Source: a virus (Duplodnaviria; Caudoviricetes). Taken from it: 24,963 nt of DNA. Where the stretch lies: positions 1 to 24,963 of IMG/VR virus record IMGVR_UViG_3300035661_000315, one strand, 5' to 3'. The notes beneath the pieces are model-generated. The model saw nothing but the letters and a program-made list of their open reading frames with translations, was not told where the DNA came from and searched no databases. The position numbers and the translations under genes were made by a program. Of this stretch, positions 9,416-17,990 are shown one piece after another (position 1 is the stretch's first letter; each line of letters starts with the position of its first letter).

Positions 9416-10393
9416 ATGTTCAGTGTTGGATATACATCAGGAATTTCAGAAATTTTTGATATAATAGGTTATGATTTAGTCAATGATGTTTATTTCTCAA
9501 TAAATCATCATTTAACTAATTCTGCTAGAATTCAGGAATTCTCTCAAGAAATGCTTAATGAATTGATAAAAATTAAGTTCAATAATGTGAAGTTACATTT
9601 AGTAATGAATGGTTACACATACAATCAGCAAATTTATTTGGACGAAAATGTAGATGCTTTGATAAATATTATCGGAATGTTACCTATAGATATTTTAACA
9701 ATTAATAACACCATTTTATTGAAAGAGTTAAAAAATCGAGGATTATCAGAAAATATTGAAATAAAAAATTCTGTTAATAATAAATTAAAAACCTTAGAAG
9801 ATGTCATTACATATCATACATTTTTCAATATAAATTCTATTATGTTAGATAGATCTTTAAATAGAAATGAAGATGAATTATTAAAAATAATTGATTATTG
9901 TAAACTTAATAACATTAAAACTACTATTTTGTTAAATGAAGGTTGTATTCCAAATTGTCCTTATAAATCAGCATGTGATGAAAGCATTTCAAATAATCTT
10001 AATTCTGTTGTAAACAAAATTTCCAGATTGTCATGTGGAGGGGATTTTGATCTTAATCCATCTATAACATTAAAATCACCATTTGTAATTCCAGGTACTT
10101 TAAATAAATATAAAGATATGGGAGTAGATTATTTTAAAATAGCTTGTAGAGGAAAACCATTAAATGAAGTTTTTGATAGAATAAAAGCTTACTTTTTTGA
10201 TAACTTAAATATAAGTATTTTTAATTTAGTAGATACTAACCCAAACGGAATTTACAAAAGAATATTCACTCATCATTTAAATGACCATAATTTCTATGAG
10301 AAAACAAGAAATTGTAAAAATAAATGTCATGAATGTAATTATTGTGATATAATATATAAAACTATAGCTAAGGAAGTTTTGAAAAATGATTAA
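9416..10393 (+). CDS. Peptidase-U32-family (UbiU/TrhP/RlhA superfamily) Fe-S protein
   Basis: 'I.LDRSLNR....L..I', 'LLNEGC..NCP...AC', 'GVDYFKIACRGK' (cf. U32 LKIEGR.K) and a C-terminal CxxxCxxCxxC (CKNKCHECNYC). Confidence 0.75.
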   Translation: MFSVGYTSGISEIFDIIGYDLVNDVYFSINHHLTNSARIQEFSQEMLNELIKIKFNNVKLHLVMNGYTYNQQIYLDENVDALINIIGMLPIDILTINNTILLKELKNRGLSENIEIKNSVNNKLKTLEDVITYHTFFNINSIMLDRSLNRNEDELLKIIDYCKLNNIKTTILLNEGCIPNCPYKSACDESISNNLNSVVNKISRLSCGGDFDLNPSITLKSPFVIPGTLNKYKDMGVDYFKIACRGKPLNEVFDRIKAYFFDNLNISIFNLVDTNPNGIYKRIFTHHLNDHNFYEKTRNCKNKCHECNYCDIIYKTIAKEVLKND

Positions 10394-11027
10394 ACATTAT
10401 TTAACCCAAGAAGAAAGAAATGCATATCAAAAAATATTTGATAAAAACAAAATGGAGGTTTTCTCTAAATACGATACTGAAAAATTCTTGACTTTATTGA
10501 TTGATGCTAAATCTAATATAGTTAAAGGGTATCATTATTCAGATTATGCATTAGAAGATATTAATGTTCCGAATATGGTAGCAGTTCATTTGGGAAAAGT
10601 AGATTATGACACTTACAGACTAGCTGTTATGTGTATAGATGATTTTTTAGATAGTTTTCCAGTTTATGATTTTGATAAAAAAGTTTTAGGTTTGGTTAGA
10701 ATAGATATATCTGGTTCTAATTGTTTTTTCAATGAACTAACTTCTAAATGGAGTTTAAATGAAGGGGAAACTGTTTATAAATTTAACTACTTTATAGACG
10801 ACCCTATTGATAGTATAAAACATTATGAAAACATTTATATAAAAATGCAAGATAAAACTCCAGAAAATGCAGAGATAAACGGAAAAGTTAAATTAAAAAT
10901 AAATTTATCTGAGAGAGGAAGCTTCACTATTAAGAACAATAAAGGTTCTGAACAGACTTTCAAATTAAAAGCTACATTGGCCAGTGAAGATTCTATTTGG
11001 TTAGTTAAATATATTACGGTGAATTAA
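10386..11027 (+). CDS. Hypothetical protein, translationally coupled to the U32 gene (213 aa)
   Basis: Start overlaps the U32 stop region. Uninterrupted ORF. No recognised motif. Confidence 0.7.
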   Translation: MIKHYLTQEERNAYQKIFDKNKMEVFSKYDTEKFLTLLIDAKSNIVKGYHYSDYALEDINVPNMVAVHLGKVDYDTYRLAVMCIDDFLDSFPVYDFDKKVLGLVRIDISGSNCFFNELTSKWSLNEGETVYKFNYFIDDPIDSIKHYENIYIKMQDKTPENAEINGKVKLKINLSERGSFTIKNNKGSEQTFKLKATLASEDSIWLVKYITVN

Positions 11028-11040
11028 TATAATAAGTTAG

Positions 11041-11070
11041 AAAGGGTTCAACTTCCCTTTATATTCTTTT
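11041..11070 (+). terminator. Weak possible terminator between convergent genes
   Basis: AAAGGG-N8-CCCTTT followed by ATATTCTTTT. Short stem. Confidence 0.3.
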
Positions 11071-11152
11071 AATCTAGTTAGAGCGATTATTACATTAATG
11101 ATAAAAATGCATCGGATAAAAATTATAACCGAATACATTCCTTAATATTATC

Positions 11153-12862
11153 TTAATCAAAATTACTATCTGTATATGAATCATTATTTTCTCTATATGA
11201 ATTCCAGTCTTCAAATTCATTTTTGTAGACTGAATCATCAATATCATCAAAAGAACCAAATGCAAACATTTCTTCAAATGTAGCATCTTCCTCATCTTCT
11301 TCTGAATCAGAAAACATATTATCAATGAATTTCTTTTGGTCATCCATATTTTTAATATCCATAATAGGAGCAAATGAAATTGCTAATGCCATTATTAAAT
11401 CATCATGATATCCATCATCGGCTTGATATTTTCCATTTATTTTTAGAAAATGGAAAAGTTCTTCTATAGTTTCTTTATCATTTAAAACCAACCTATCATT
11501 TTCAAGAAACGTTTTTAACATACTTAATATTACTTTTCTGGACTTTCCTGAAGTTCTGAATCCATAATATCTTTTAGCTTTTCCATCTTTACCAGGTTTG
11601 TCTTTATAAACGTTGTCATAATCATAAGTTTCTGTGACTGTGTCTACTAATGATTGTCCGGCACCTTCATTATTTTCTACAACTAAAAAGGCATTATTAT
11701 ATTCTCTACATAGCTCAGTTAATGGGCCAGCGAGCTTTAAATAACTTATATCTAAATTAGCCGCTGCTACTTGCACAAATGGAAATTTAGTTACGTCTAT
11801 CATTTGAATTGCTATTTTGTCTATACCATCTTTAGCACTATCCACAGAACATATGTATTTGTGAGAAGGTTCGGGCTCTTTATAAACTCTTAACTCATCG
11901 ACATTATTGTTTTTATATAGAACTGGTGTTGAAATTATTCTTTGAAGACATTGATGAGAAACTAATGTATCCGCAGATCCACTAAATTTACAACCATAAT
12001 TTTGCTCAAAAAATGTTAGTCCTTTATCTGCTATAATATTTTTACGCCACGTTTCGTCTCTACCAGGTACTTCATTCCATTCCATTTCTGTTAATGTATA
12101 TCCATTAACATTTAATCGGCTTCCTTGAACTAAGTCATAGAAGTGGTTCATACCTTTAGGTGTACTAGAAATGATTATCTGTGAGTTTTCAATAGCCTCT
12201 ACAGTAGGGAATACGGAGTCTTCAAATTCTTTCCATATGGTCGGTCTAATAAACGCTGTTTCATCTATGTATAACATTCCTAATGAGAAACCACGAAATG
12301 AATCCCCATTTGTCGCACTGGTTAAAATCCTTACGCCATTTTCAAATTCAATAGTTTTCTTATTCCATGTTGTTACTCCAGCCATAAGCCAAATAGGTAA
12401 ATTGATAAAAATATTTTTTATTTTATCCAAAACTTCTACAGCCATACCTTGTTTGTTTGCAGCTATTCCTATAGTCATATCTTTTGAAAATAACGCTTTC
12501 CATAGAAGGTAAGTGGCAATAGTAACTGTTTTCCCAGATTGTCTACCAAACAAGACTATATTACGCTTTGAATTTAACAAATCGACTTCTAATCTTCTTT
12601 GATATTCACGTGGCTCTGGTCTATCATAACCTTTTTTAGTTAAAATTATACAATAGTTAGCTCTAAAATATTGATAACTATTAGCACATTTTATTATTTC
12701 TTCAATATGCGGCTGAGTTAATTGTAATTGTGTAAATGATGGTTTTAATGTTCTAACGCCATTAAATGAAATTCTATTTCCAAAAGCATCTAAATAATAA
12801 CCTTCATGATCTTTGGGTAATTCTAATGATGTTATCAGTTTATCAATGTCTTTTAATCTCAT
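11153..12862 (-). CDS. gp17: Terminase large subunit, T4 gp17-like
   Basis: Walker A 'GRQSGKT', 'SFRG', Walker B 'LYIDETAF', 'SSTPKGMNHFY', nuclease 'VENN..G' and 'HDDLIMALA'. Acidic C-terminal tail. Confidence 0.96.
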   Translation of the reverse strand: MRLKDIDKLITSLELPKDHEGYYLDAFGNRISFNGVRTLKPSFTQLQLTQPHIEEIIKCANSYQYFRANYCIILTKKGYDRPEPREYQRRLEVDLLNSKRNIVLFGRQSGKTVTIATYLLWKALFSKDMTIGIAANKQGMAVEVLDKIKNIFINLPIWLMAGVTTWNKKTIEFENGVRILTSATNGDSFRGFSLGMLYIDETAFIRPTIWKEFEDSVFPTVEAIENSQIIISSTPKGMNHFYDLVQGSRLNVNGYTLTEMEWNEVPGRDETWRKNIIADKGLTFFEQNYGCKFSGSADTLVSHQCLQRIISTPVLYKNNNVDELRVYKEPEPSHKYICSVDSAKDGIDKIAIQMIDVTKFPFVQVAAANLDISYLKLAGPLTELCREYNNAFLVVENNEGAGQSLVDTVTETYDYDNVYKDKPGKDGKAKRYYGFRTSGKSRKVILSMLKTFLENDRLVLNDKETIEELFHFLKINGKYQADDGYHDDLIMALAISFAPIMDIKNMDDQKKFIDNMFSDSEEDEEDATFEEMFAFGSFDDIDDSVYKNEFEDWNSYRENNDSYTDSNFD

Positions 12863-12872
12863 AAAACTCCTT

Positions 12873-12880
12873 TATAAATA
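12873..12880 (+). promoter_or_regulatory. T4-type late promoter TATAAATA (portal operon)
   Basis: Perfect consensus upstream of portal RBS AAGGA and ATG 12914. Confidence 0.75.
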
Positions 12881-12892
12881 AATGAAACATTA

Positions 12893-12900
12893 TATTTATA
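12893..12900 (-). promoter_or_regulatory. T4-type late promoter TATAAATA (terminase)
   Basis: TATTTATA on the plus strand, upstream of terminase RBS AAGGAG and ATG 12862. Confidence 0.75.
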
Positions 12901-12913
12901 AAAAGGATAAAAG

Positions 12914-14479
12914 ATGGGAACTCTCTACGAATCGTTGAAGAAAACCTTTATACCTAAACCTGAAGATCAAAAGAGTTTAACTGATTATGATACGGACCCA
13001 TTAGTAATATCACAAACATTTAGCAAAAATTTTACAGCCGAAATATCTCCAACTATAGGATTTTTTGATGGAGATGATAAAAATTATGATAGATCTAATC
13101 AAGATTTAATGATGTCTGCTTTGGCAGAACAACGCAGATATATTGAAACGTTTAGAGATATTGTTACACATCCAGACGTTTCCGCAGCTGTTTCTGAAAT
13201 AATGAATGAAATTGTATTTACTACAGGAAATGAATCATTAGTTAAAATTAATTTTTCTGACGCTAAAATGACAGAAGGTACTAAAAAAATGATTACTGAT
13301 GCATTTGAAGAAATGTCCAGATTGTTACGTTTCGATTCTAATGCTTATAATTTAATATCTCAATGGTTTATAGATGGACAATTAAATATTCAAACAATCT
13401 ATGATAATTCGGATTTATCTAAAGGAATAGTAAAATTAAATATTTTGTCTCCTTTAGATTTATATTTCGACAAAGCAAATAATGAATGGCTTTATATGAT
13501 AGAAGAAACAGATCAATTCACTGGATTTGTTTCTCAATCAAAGTCTAAAATAAGATTTAAAATAGATGAAGTATTTAAAATAGATAGTGGGATTTACATA
13601 GAACCTAGCTTTAAGAAAAACCGTATGGGATCTGAAAAGTTGATTTTGAGTGAGTTATATACAGCAATAAAACCAGCAAATCAACTTAAAACTGTAGAAG
13701 ACATGCTTATTCCTATGAGATTCAGCCGTTCAATTTCAAGACGAGTTTTTAATGTAGACGTAGGTGATTTAAATCCTCAACGTGCAGAACAAGCGTTAGA
13801 GAAAATAAAACAAAACTTCAAGTATAAAAAGTTTTATGATATTGAAAAAGGTACAATTAGTAACCAAAATCATGTAACTACATTGGTTGAAGATTATTGG
13901 TTCCCTAATAGATCTGGAGGAAGGGGCACGACCGTAGAAACATTGGATGAGACTGGAAACCTTGGTGAATTGGGTGATGTAATGTATTTTAAGAAAAAAT
14001 TATACACAGCGTTAAAAATTCCTATGTCTCGAATTAACAATGAAATAGAAGGAAATTCAGCTGAATTTGATTTTAGCTCTACTAGCGTTCAAAGAGATGA
14101 AGTTAAATTCTTTGCATATACACAAAGACTAAGACGTAAATTTTTATCTTTATTTGAAGAGCTTATGTATAGACATTTATTGTCTCAAGGTAAAGTTACT
14201 AACCAAGAGTGGAATGAAATTTATGATAGTTTTACTTTATATTTTAGTAAAGAAAATACATTTATTCAAAATCTAGAAAGTGAAATGTTTAATAAAAAAA
14301 TCGAAGCGTATAATAATGTTTCTGATTTAATAGGAAAAGTATTCCCAGTAGAATTTACATTCAAAAATATTTTGAAATTATCTGACGAAGATATAAAAGC
14401 TATGGGTGAACAAATAGAGAAAGAGAAAAAAGACCCACGTTATGCAGCTTTTTATAAAACTGATGAAGGCAATTTTTAA
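12914..14479 (+). CDS. gp20: Portal vertex protein, T4 gp20-like
   Basis: 'AIKPANQLK..ED', 'R.SR...RRVF.VDVG.L', 'EDYWFP.R.GGRGT.V.TL', 'YF.KKLY.AL.IP.SR' and 'RDEVKF'. Confidence 0.96.
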   Translation: MGTLYESLKKTFIPKPEDQKSLTDYDTDPLVISQTFSKNFTAEISPTIGFFDGDDKNYDRSNQDLMMSALAEQRRYIETFRDIVTHPDVSAAVSEIMNEIVFTTGNESLVKINFSDAKMTEGTKKMITDAFEEMSRLLRFDSNAYNLISQWFIDGQLNIQTIYDNSDLSKGIVKLNILSPLDLYFDKANNEWLYMIEETDQFTGFVSQSKSKIRFKIDEVFKIDSGIYIEPSFKKNRMGSEKLILSELYTAIKPANQLKTVEDMLIPMRFSRSISRRVFNVDVGDLNPQRAEQALEKIKQNFKYKKFYDIEKGTISNQNHVTTLVEDYWFPNRSGGRGTTVETLDETGNLGELGDVMYFKKKLYTALKIPMSRINNEIEGNSAEFDFSSTSVQRDEVKFFAYTQRLRRKFLSLFEELMYRHLLSQGKVTNQEWNEIYDSFTLYFSKENTFIQNLESEMFNKKIEAYNNVSDLIGKVFPVEFTFKNILKLSDEDIKAMGEQIEKEKKDPRYAAFYKTDEGNF

Positions 14480-14530
14480 AGATTTCTAAAAAACATAAAT
14501 AAATATGAATAAAAACAGAAAGGTTTAAAA

Positions 14531-14758
14531 ATGGCGGAATTGTCAACAGACATTTTAGATCAAGCACATGATGGTAAATTTACCGATTTTGCTCAGACAG
14601 TAAAAGCAGTGTTAGATCAAAAAGTAAAAACACACCCTTATATTAAGGACAAAAAAGAAGAGCTCGATAACTTTTCAAGAATTAAAGATATCTTCGCACA
14701 GATAGACAAACGAACTTATCTTGACAAGGAACCGGAGCCAAAATCTTCTGAGGAATAA
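14531..14758 (+). CDS. Small prohead-core protein candidate (position of T4 gp67/gp68)
   Basis: 75-aa ORF with RBS AAGG between portal and protease. Function inferred from synteny only. Confidence 0.55.
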   Translation: MAELSTDILDQAHDGKFTDFAQTVKAVLDQKVKTHPYIKDKKEELDNFSRIKDIFAQIDKRTYLDKEPEPKSSEE

Positions 14759-14761
14759 AGA

Positions 14762-15442
14762 ATGAAACTTATTTTAGAGCAAGCTGTCCCGTTAGACGGG
14801 TATTGCGTAGAAGAACTTAATGAGTCTTCTAATGTAAGAAAGAAGTCATATTTTGTAGAAGGTGTTTTTTCGACAGCTAACGTGCAAAACGCTAACAAAC
14901 GAATTTACCCTTCCAATATATGGAGACGTGAAGTTCAAAGATATCAATCAGTTATTAAAAATAATGGTTTAGAAACGCTTGGTGAATGGCAACATCCACC
15001 AAGAACTACAATTGATCCAATGAAGGCAGTCATCAAAATTGTTGAACTGCGTATGGAAGGTGATTTTGTTTACGGAAAAGCTAAATTATTAGATAATCCA
15101 GAATCAAATAGATTAAAAAATCTTATAGATGAAGGAATTAAAATTGGTATTAGTTCACGTGGAGTTGGATCTGTAGGGAGTGGTGGTATAGTTGAAGATT
15201 TCAAATTAATCACATATGACCTAGTAGATAACCCAAGTAACCCTGGTAGTTACTTAAATGGTTTAGCAGAGTCTCTTATTGTAGAGAATGGTATAGTACA
15301 AGATTTTGATTATTCAATATCAGAATCCGGAGATATTGAAAAAGTGACAATATGTAGCGAAAGCGGTTGTACTTTAGAAAATAAATCACTTGTACAAGAG
15401 TGTGCTAAAAATAAATTTGAAGAATTGTTTAAATCATTTTAA
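14762..15442 (+). CDS. gp21: Prohead core protease, T4 gp21-like
   Basis: 'EGVF......N.N.RIYP', 'LGE..HP', 'GISSRG.GS' and 'TYDLV.NPS'. Confidence 0.95.
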   Translation: MKLILEQAVPLDGYCVEELNESSNVRKKSYFVEGVFSTANVQNANKRIYPSNIWRREVQRYQSVIKNNGLETLGEWQHPPRTTIDPMKAVIKIVELRMEGDFVYGKAKLLDNPESNRLKNLIDEGIKIGISSRGVGSVGSGGIVEDFKLITYDLVDNPSNPGSYLNGLAESLIVENGIVQDFDYSISESGDIEKVTICSESGCTLENKSLVQECAKNKFEELFKSF

Positions 15443-15478
15443 TAAATAAAATTGTAATTATTAACAAAGGGATTAGAT

Positions 15479-16207
15479 ATGGAAAAAATTCTAAGTAAAC
15501 TTGACGAAGCTGTTTTTACAGACGAGTTGAAAGCCGAAATTTCTGAATCTTTTAACGCTGCTGTTGATGCGAAAGTTGAGACATTAGTTGCTGAAAAAGT
15601 AGCTGCAATCGTTGAAGAAAAAGAAACTGAAATCACAGAAAAATTCATGACAGAAGCAAAAGAATATAAAGAAAAATTGCTTGAAAACCTAGATGAATTT
15701 TTGAGTCTTATCGCTGAAGAATACATCAGTGAAAATAAAATCACTATCGAAGAAAGTGTACAAGGTGAAAAACTTGAATCATTGTTAGAAGGCTTTAACG
15801 CATTGTTAATAGCTGGTGGCGTTGAAATCAAACAAATCGCTGAGAATCTTGATGATACTGAAATGAAAGCTCAAATTGCTGAAAGCACTGCAAAAATTGA
15901 TGCACTAGTTGTTGAAAATTTGGATTTGAAAAAACAAAAAGCAGAACTTTTGAAAATGGGTCTTATCGCTGAAGTTAAAGAAGGATTAAGTGTTATTCAA
16001 AAAGAAAAATTTGACAAATTGGCTGCAATCGTAGAATTCAATTCTTCTGATGCTAGTGGATATTTGAAAAAATTAGAAACTTTGAGAGAGAGTGTAACTG
16101 CAGCAAAAGTTGAAGAAACACATACACATACACCAATTGTTGAAAACAAAGAACCAGAAGGTTCTGTATTACCTGCTTCAGTTGCAGATAGTTCACGTTT
16201 TTTCTAA
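15479..16207 (+). CDS. gp22: Prohead core scaffold, T4 gp22-like
   Basis: Glu/Lys/Ala-rich coiled coil with 'F.AAV..KV', 'LD.FL....EEY..EN' and 'GLS..QKEKF..L'. Lies between gp21 and gp23. AATAAATA at 15441-15448 upstream. Confidence 0.85.
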   Translation: MEKILSKLDEAVFTDELKAEISESFNAAVDAKVETLVAEKVAAIVEEKETEITEKFMTEAKEYKEKLLENLDEFLSLIAEEYISENKITIEESVQGEKLESLLEGFNALLIAGGVEIKQIAENLDDTEMKAQIAESTAKIDALVVENLDLKKQKAELLKMGLIAEVKEGLSVIQKEKFDKLAAIVEFNSSDASGYLKKLETLRESVTAAKVEETHTHTPIVENKEPEGSVLPASVADSSRFF

Positions 16208-16209
16208 AA

Positions 16210-16217
16210 TATAAATA
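16210..16217 (+). promoter_or_regulatory. T4-type late promoter TATAAATA (major capsid)
   Basis: Perfect consensus upstream of RBS AAGGA and ATG 16249. Confidence 0.8.
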
Positions 16218-16248
16218 AATCAAATCAATTAACAAAGGAATTTAAGTT

Positions 16249-17553
16249 ATGGATTTCAATCTTACTGAAAAATTTGAAAAGCAATTGTTGAGTGAAAACT
16301 ACTCATCAATCAGCAAAAAAGATATGTCTACTATGGCAGTTATTCTTGAACAACAAGAAAAAGCTATTAGCGATATGTTGAAAGAAGGTACACAAGCTGC
16401 TGACGTAGCAGGATTTACAAAAATCCTTATGCCTTTAGTTCGTCGTGTTTACCCTAATTTGATCGCTAACGAAATCGCTGGTGTTCAACCGTTGAATGGA
16501 CCAACTGGTTTCATTTATTCAATGACAAGTCGTTATACTGGTAATAGTATCAACAAAATCGCTCCAAGTAATAAAAAACAAATTCTTGTAGTTGCAGTTG
16601 CAGATGATGCAAAAGTTATTGTTGGCGGAGACGTTCTTTACAAAGAAACTGATGGTAATGTTGTAAAAGTTCTTTGGGCTGGCACAACTAAAGCTCAAGG
16701 TGATGTAATTTTTACAGACGTTCATGTTTTAGATACTTATACGAATGAAGCTACTTTTAACAAAGTACTTAAAGGTTATACTGGATCATATTCAACAGCG
16801 GATGGTGAGATTCTTGGCGACGACATGAACGAAATCGGATTTGAACTTTCTCGTAAAACTGTTGAAGCTCGTACACGTAAATTGAAAGGTAAATATACCC
16901 TTGAAATGTACCAAGATTTGAAATCTCAACATGGTATGAATGCAGATGAAGAACTTATGGGAATCATGAGTTATGAAATGCAAGCAGAGATTGACCGTGA
17001 GATCATTTCTAAAGTTAACAATACAGCACGTGTAGTAGCAGATGCTGCAATTGGTGGTTATGACGGTCGTTGGGAAATTGAACGTTACAGAATGTTGGCA
17101 ATTAAACTTGCTGATGAAAGTTCAAAAATCAATCGTTTGACTCGTCGTGGTGCAGGTAACACATTGTTAGTGTCTCCTAAAGTATCAGTTGCTCTTGAAG
17201 CACTTGGTGGATTCAGTGCAGCTGCAATTCAATCAACTGTAGATGGTATGTCAACTGCAGTAGCAGGAACATTTGATGGACGTTATAAAGTTGTTGTTGA
17301 TACATTCGCAGCAAGCGATTATGCAACTATCCTTTACAAAGGTCAAGATCGTCGTGATTCAGCTGTATTCTTCAGCCCATATGTACCAGCGTCATTCCAA
17401 CGTGTTACATTGCAAGAATCAGGTCAACCAGCAATCATCTTGTCACAACGTTACGCTTTGGATACAACTCCATTGAACCCAGAAAATTACATCGCAACAT
17501 TCGGTGTTAATTTTGCAACCGTAGCAGCAGGTAAAACATCTCCTTTAGCGTAA
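16249..17553 (+). CDS. gp23: Major capsid protein, T4 gp23-like
   Basis: 'LVRRVYPNLIA.EI.GVQP..GPTG.I', 'VEA.TRKLK..YT.E..QDLK..HG..A..EL', 'EIDREII', 'TRRGAGN' and 'PYVP'. Confidence 0.97.
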   Translation: MDFNLTEKFEKQLLSENYSSISKKDMSTMAVILEQQEKAISDMLKEGTQAADVAGFTKILMPLVRRVYPNLIANEIAGVQPLNGPTGFIYSMTSRYTGNSINKIAPSNKKQILVVAVADDAKVIVGGDVLYKETDGNVVKVLWAGTTKAQGDVIFTDVHVLDTYTNEATFNKVLKGYTGSYSTADGEILGDDMNEIGFELSRKTVEARTRKLKGKYTLEMYQDLKSQHGMNADEELMGIMSYEMQAEIDREIISKVNNTARVVADAAIGGYDGRWEIERYRMLAIKLADESSKINRLTRRGAGNTLLVSPKVSVALEALGGFSAAAIQSTVDGMSTAVAGTFDGRYKVVVDTFAASDYATILYKGQDRRDSAVFFSPYVPASFQRVTLQESGQPAIILSQRYALDTTPLNPENYIATFGVNFATVAAGKTSPLA

Positions 17554-17576
17554 GCTAAAGGTTTTACCTTTTATTT
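17529..17576 (+). terminator. Hairpin enclosing the gp23 stop codon, followed by a U-rich tract
   Basis: CCTTTAGC-GTAA-GCTAAAGG (17542-17561) with outer stem AGGTAAAA/TTTTACCT, then TTTATTT. Confidence 0.55.
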
Positions 17577-17610
17577 AGGTCCTTGATGATTTTTTCATCG
17601 GGACCTTTTT
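17577..17610 (+). terminator. Rho-independent terminator after gp23
   Basis: AGGTCC(TT)GATGA-loop-TCATCGGGACCT followed by a T run. Confidence 0.85.
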
Positions 17611-17645
17611 CCATCTAAGATAGAACTTTAGATTTATGAATATTG

Positions 17646-17654
17646 TGTTATAAT
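17646..17654 (+). promoter_or_regulatory. Extended -10 promoter-like element in the intergenic region
   Basis: TG-T-TATAAT followed by AACATAAT, as at 23454-23470, but lacking the exact upstream TTAAG. Confidence 0.45.
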
Positions 17655-17861
17655 AACATAATTTTGATTAATTTAAATTGAAGATAAAAGAACTAAAATA
17701 GTTCTTTATTTTTTGATAAGGTAATGATGAGTTGGGGAACATATATTTTAATGAGGAAAGATTAAAGCATTTTATTATGTTCATAAATAAACCTTTCATT
17801 TCTTTTATAATAGGGTTTTCATTTATAATATTGTTGATAATAAATGTACTTACTTATGATT

Positions 17862-17990
17862 TTACAGAAAATTATTTGAATTATCTTTTATATTACTTTC
17901 TTTAAAAAATAATATATTATCTTAAATTTTATCTAACCCTAAGGCAGATGTATCATTAAATGTTACTAATGATTGTTTTATATAACTCAT
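17862..17990 (-). pseudogene. Relic of a fourth propeller-protein paralogue (N-terminal domain only)
   Basis: Reads MSYIKQSLVTFNDTSALGLDKI*DNILFFKESN..., aligning with MSFERQSLVVFKDESSTGINFV (21389) and VFKDETSTGLDKI (19069). Starts with the same ATGA stop/start overlap. In-frame TAA at 17922-17924. Confidence 0.75.

Noticed and set aside
39-17476. Short antisense or overlapping ORFs in the track (e.g. 39-236, 580-795, 2256-3004, 4981-5190, 11095-11373, 12171-12512, 15439-15831, 16519-16983, 17273-17476)
   Set aside because: They overlap well-supported structural genes and show no independent motifs or signals.
11153-17553. Introns or inteins in terminase, portal or capsid genes
   Set aside because: ORFs are continuous, of ordinary length, and show no splice or intein motifs.
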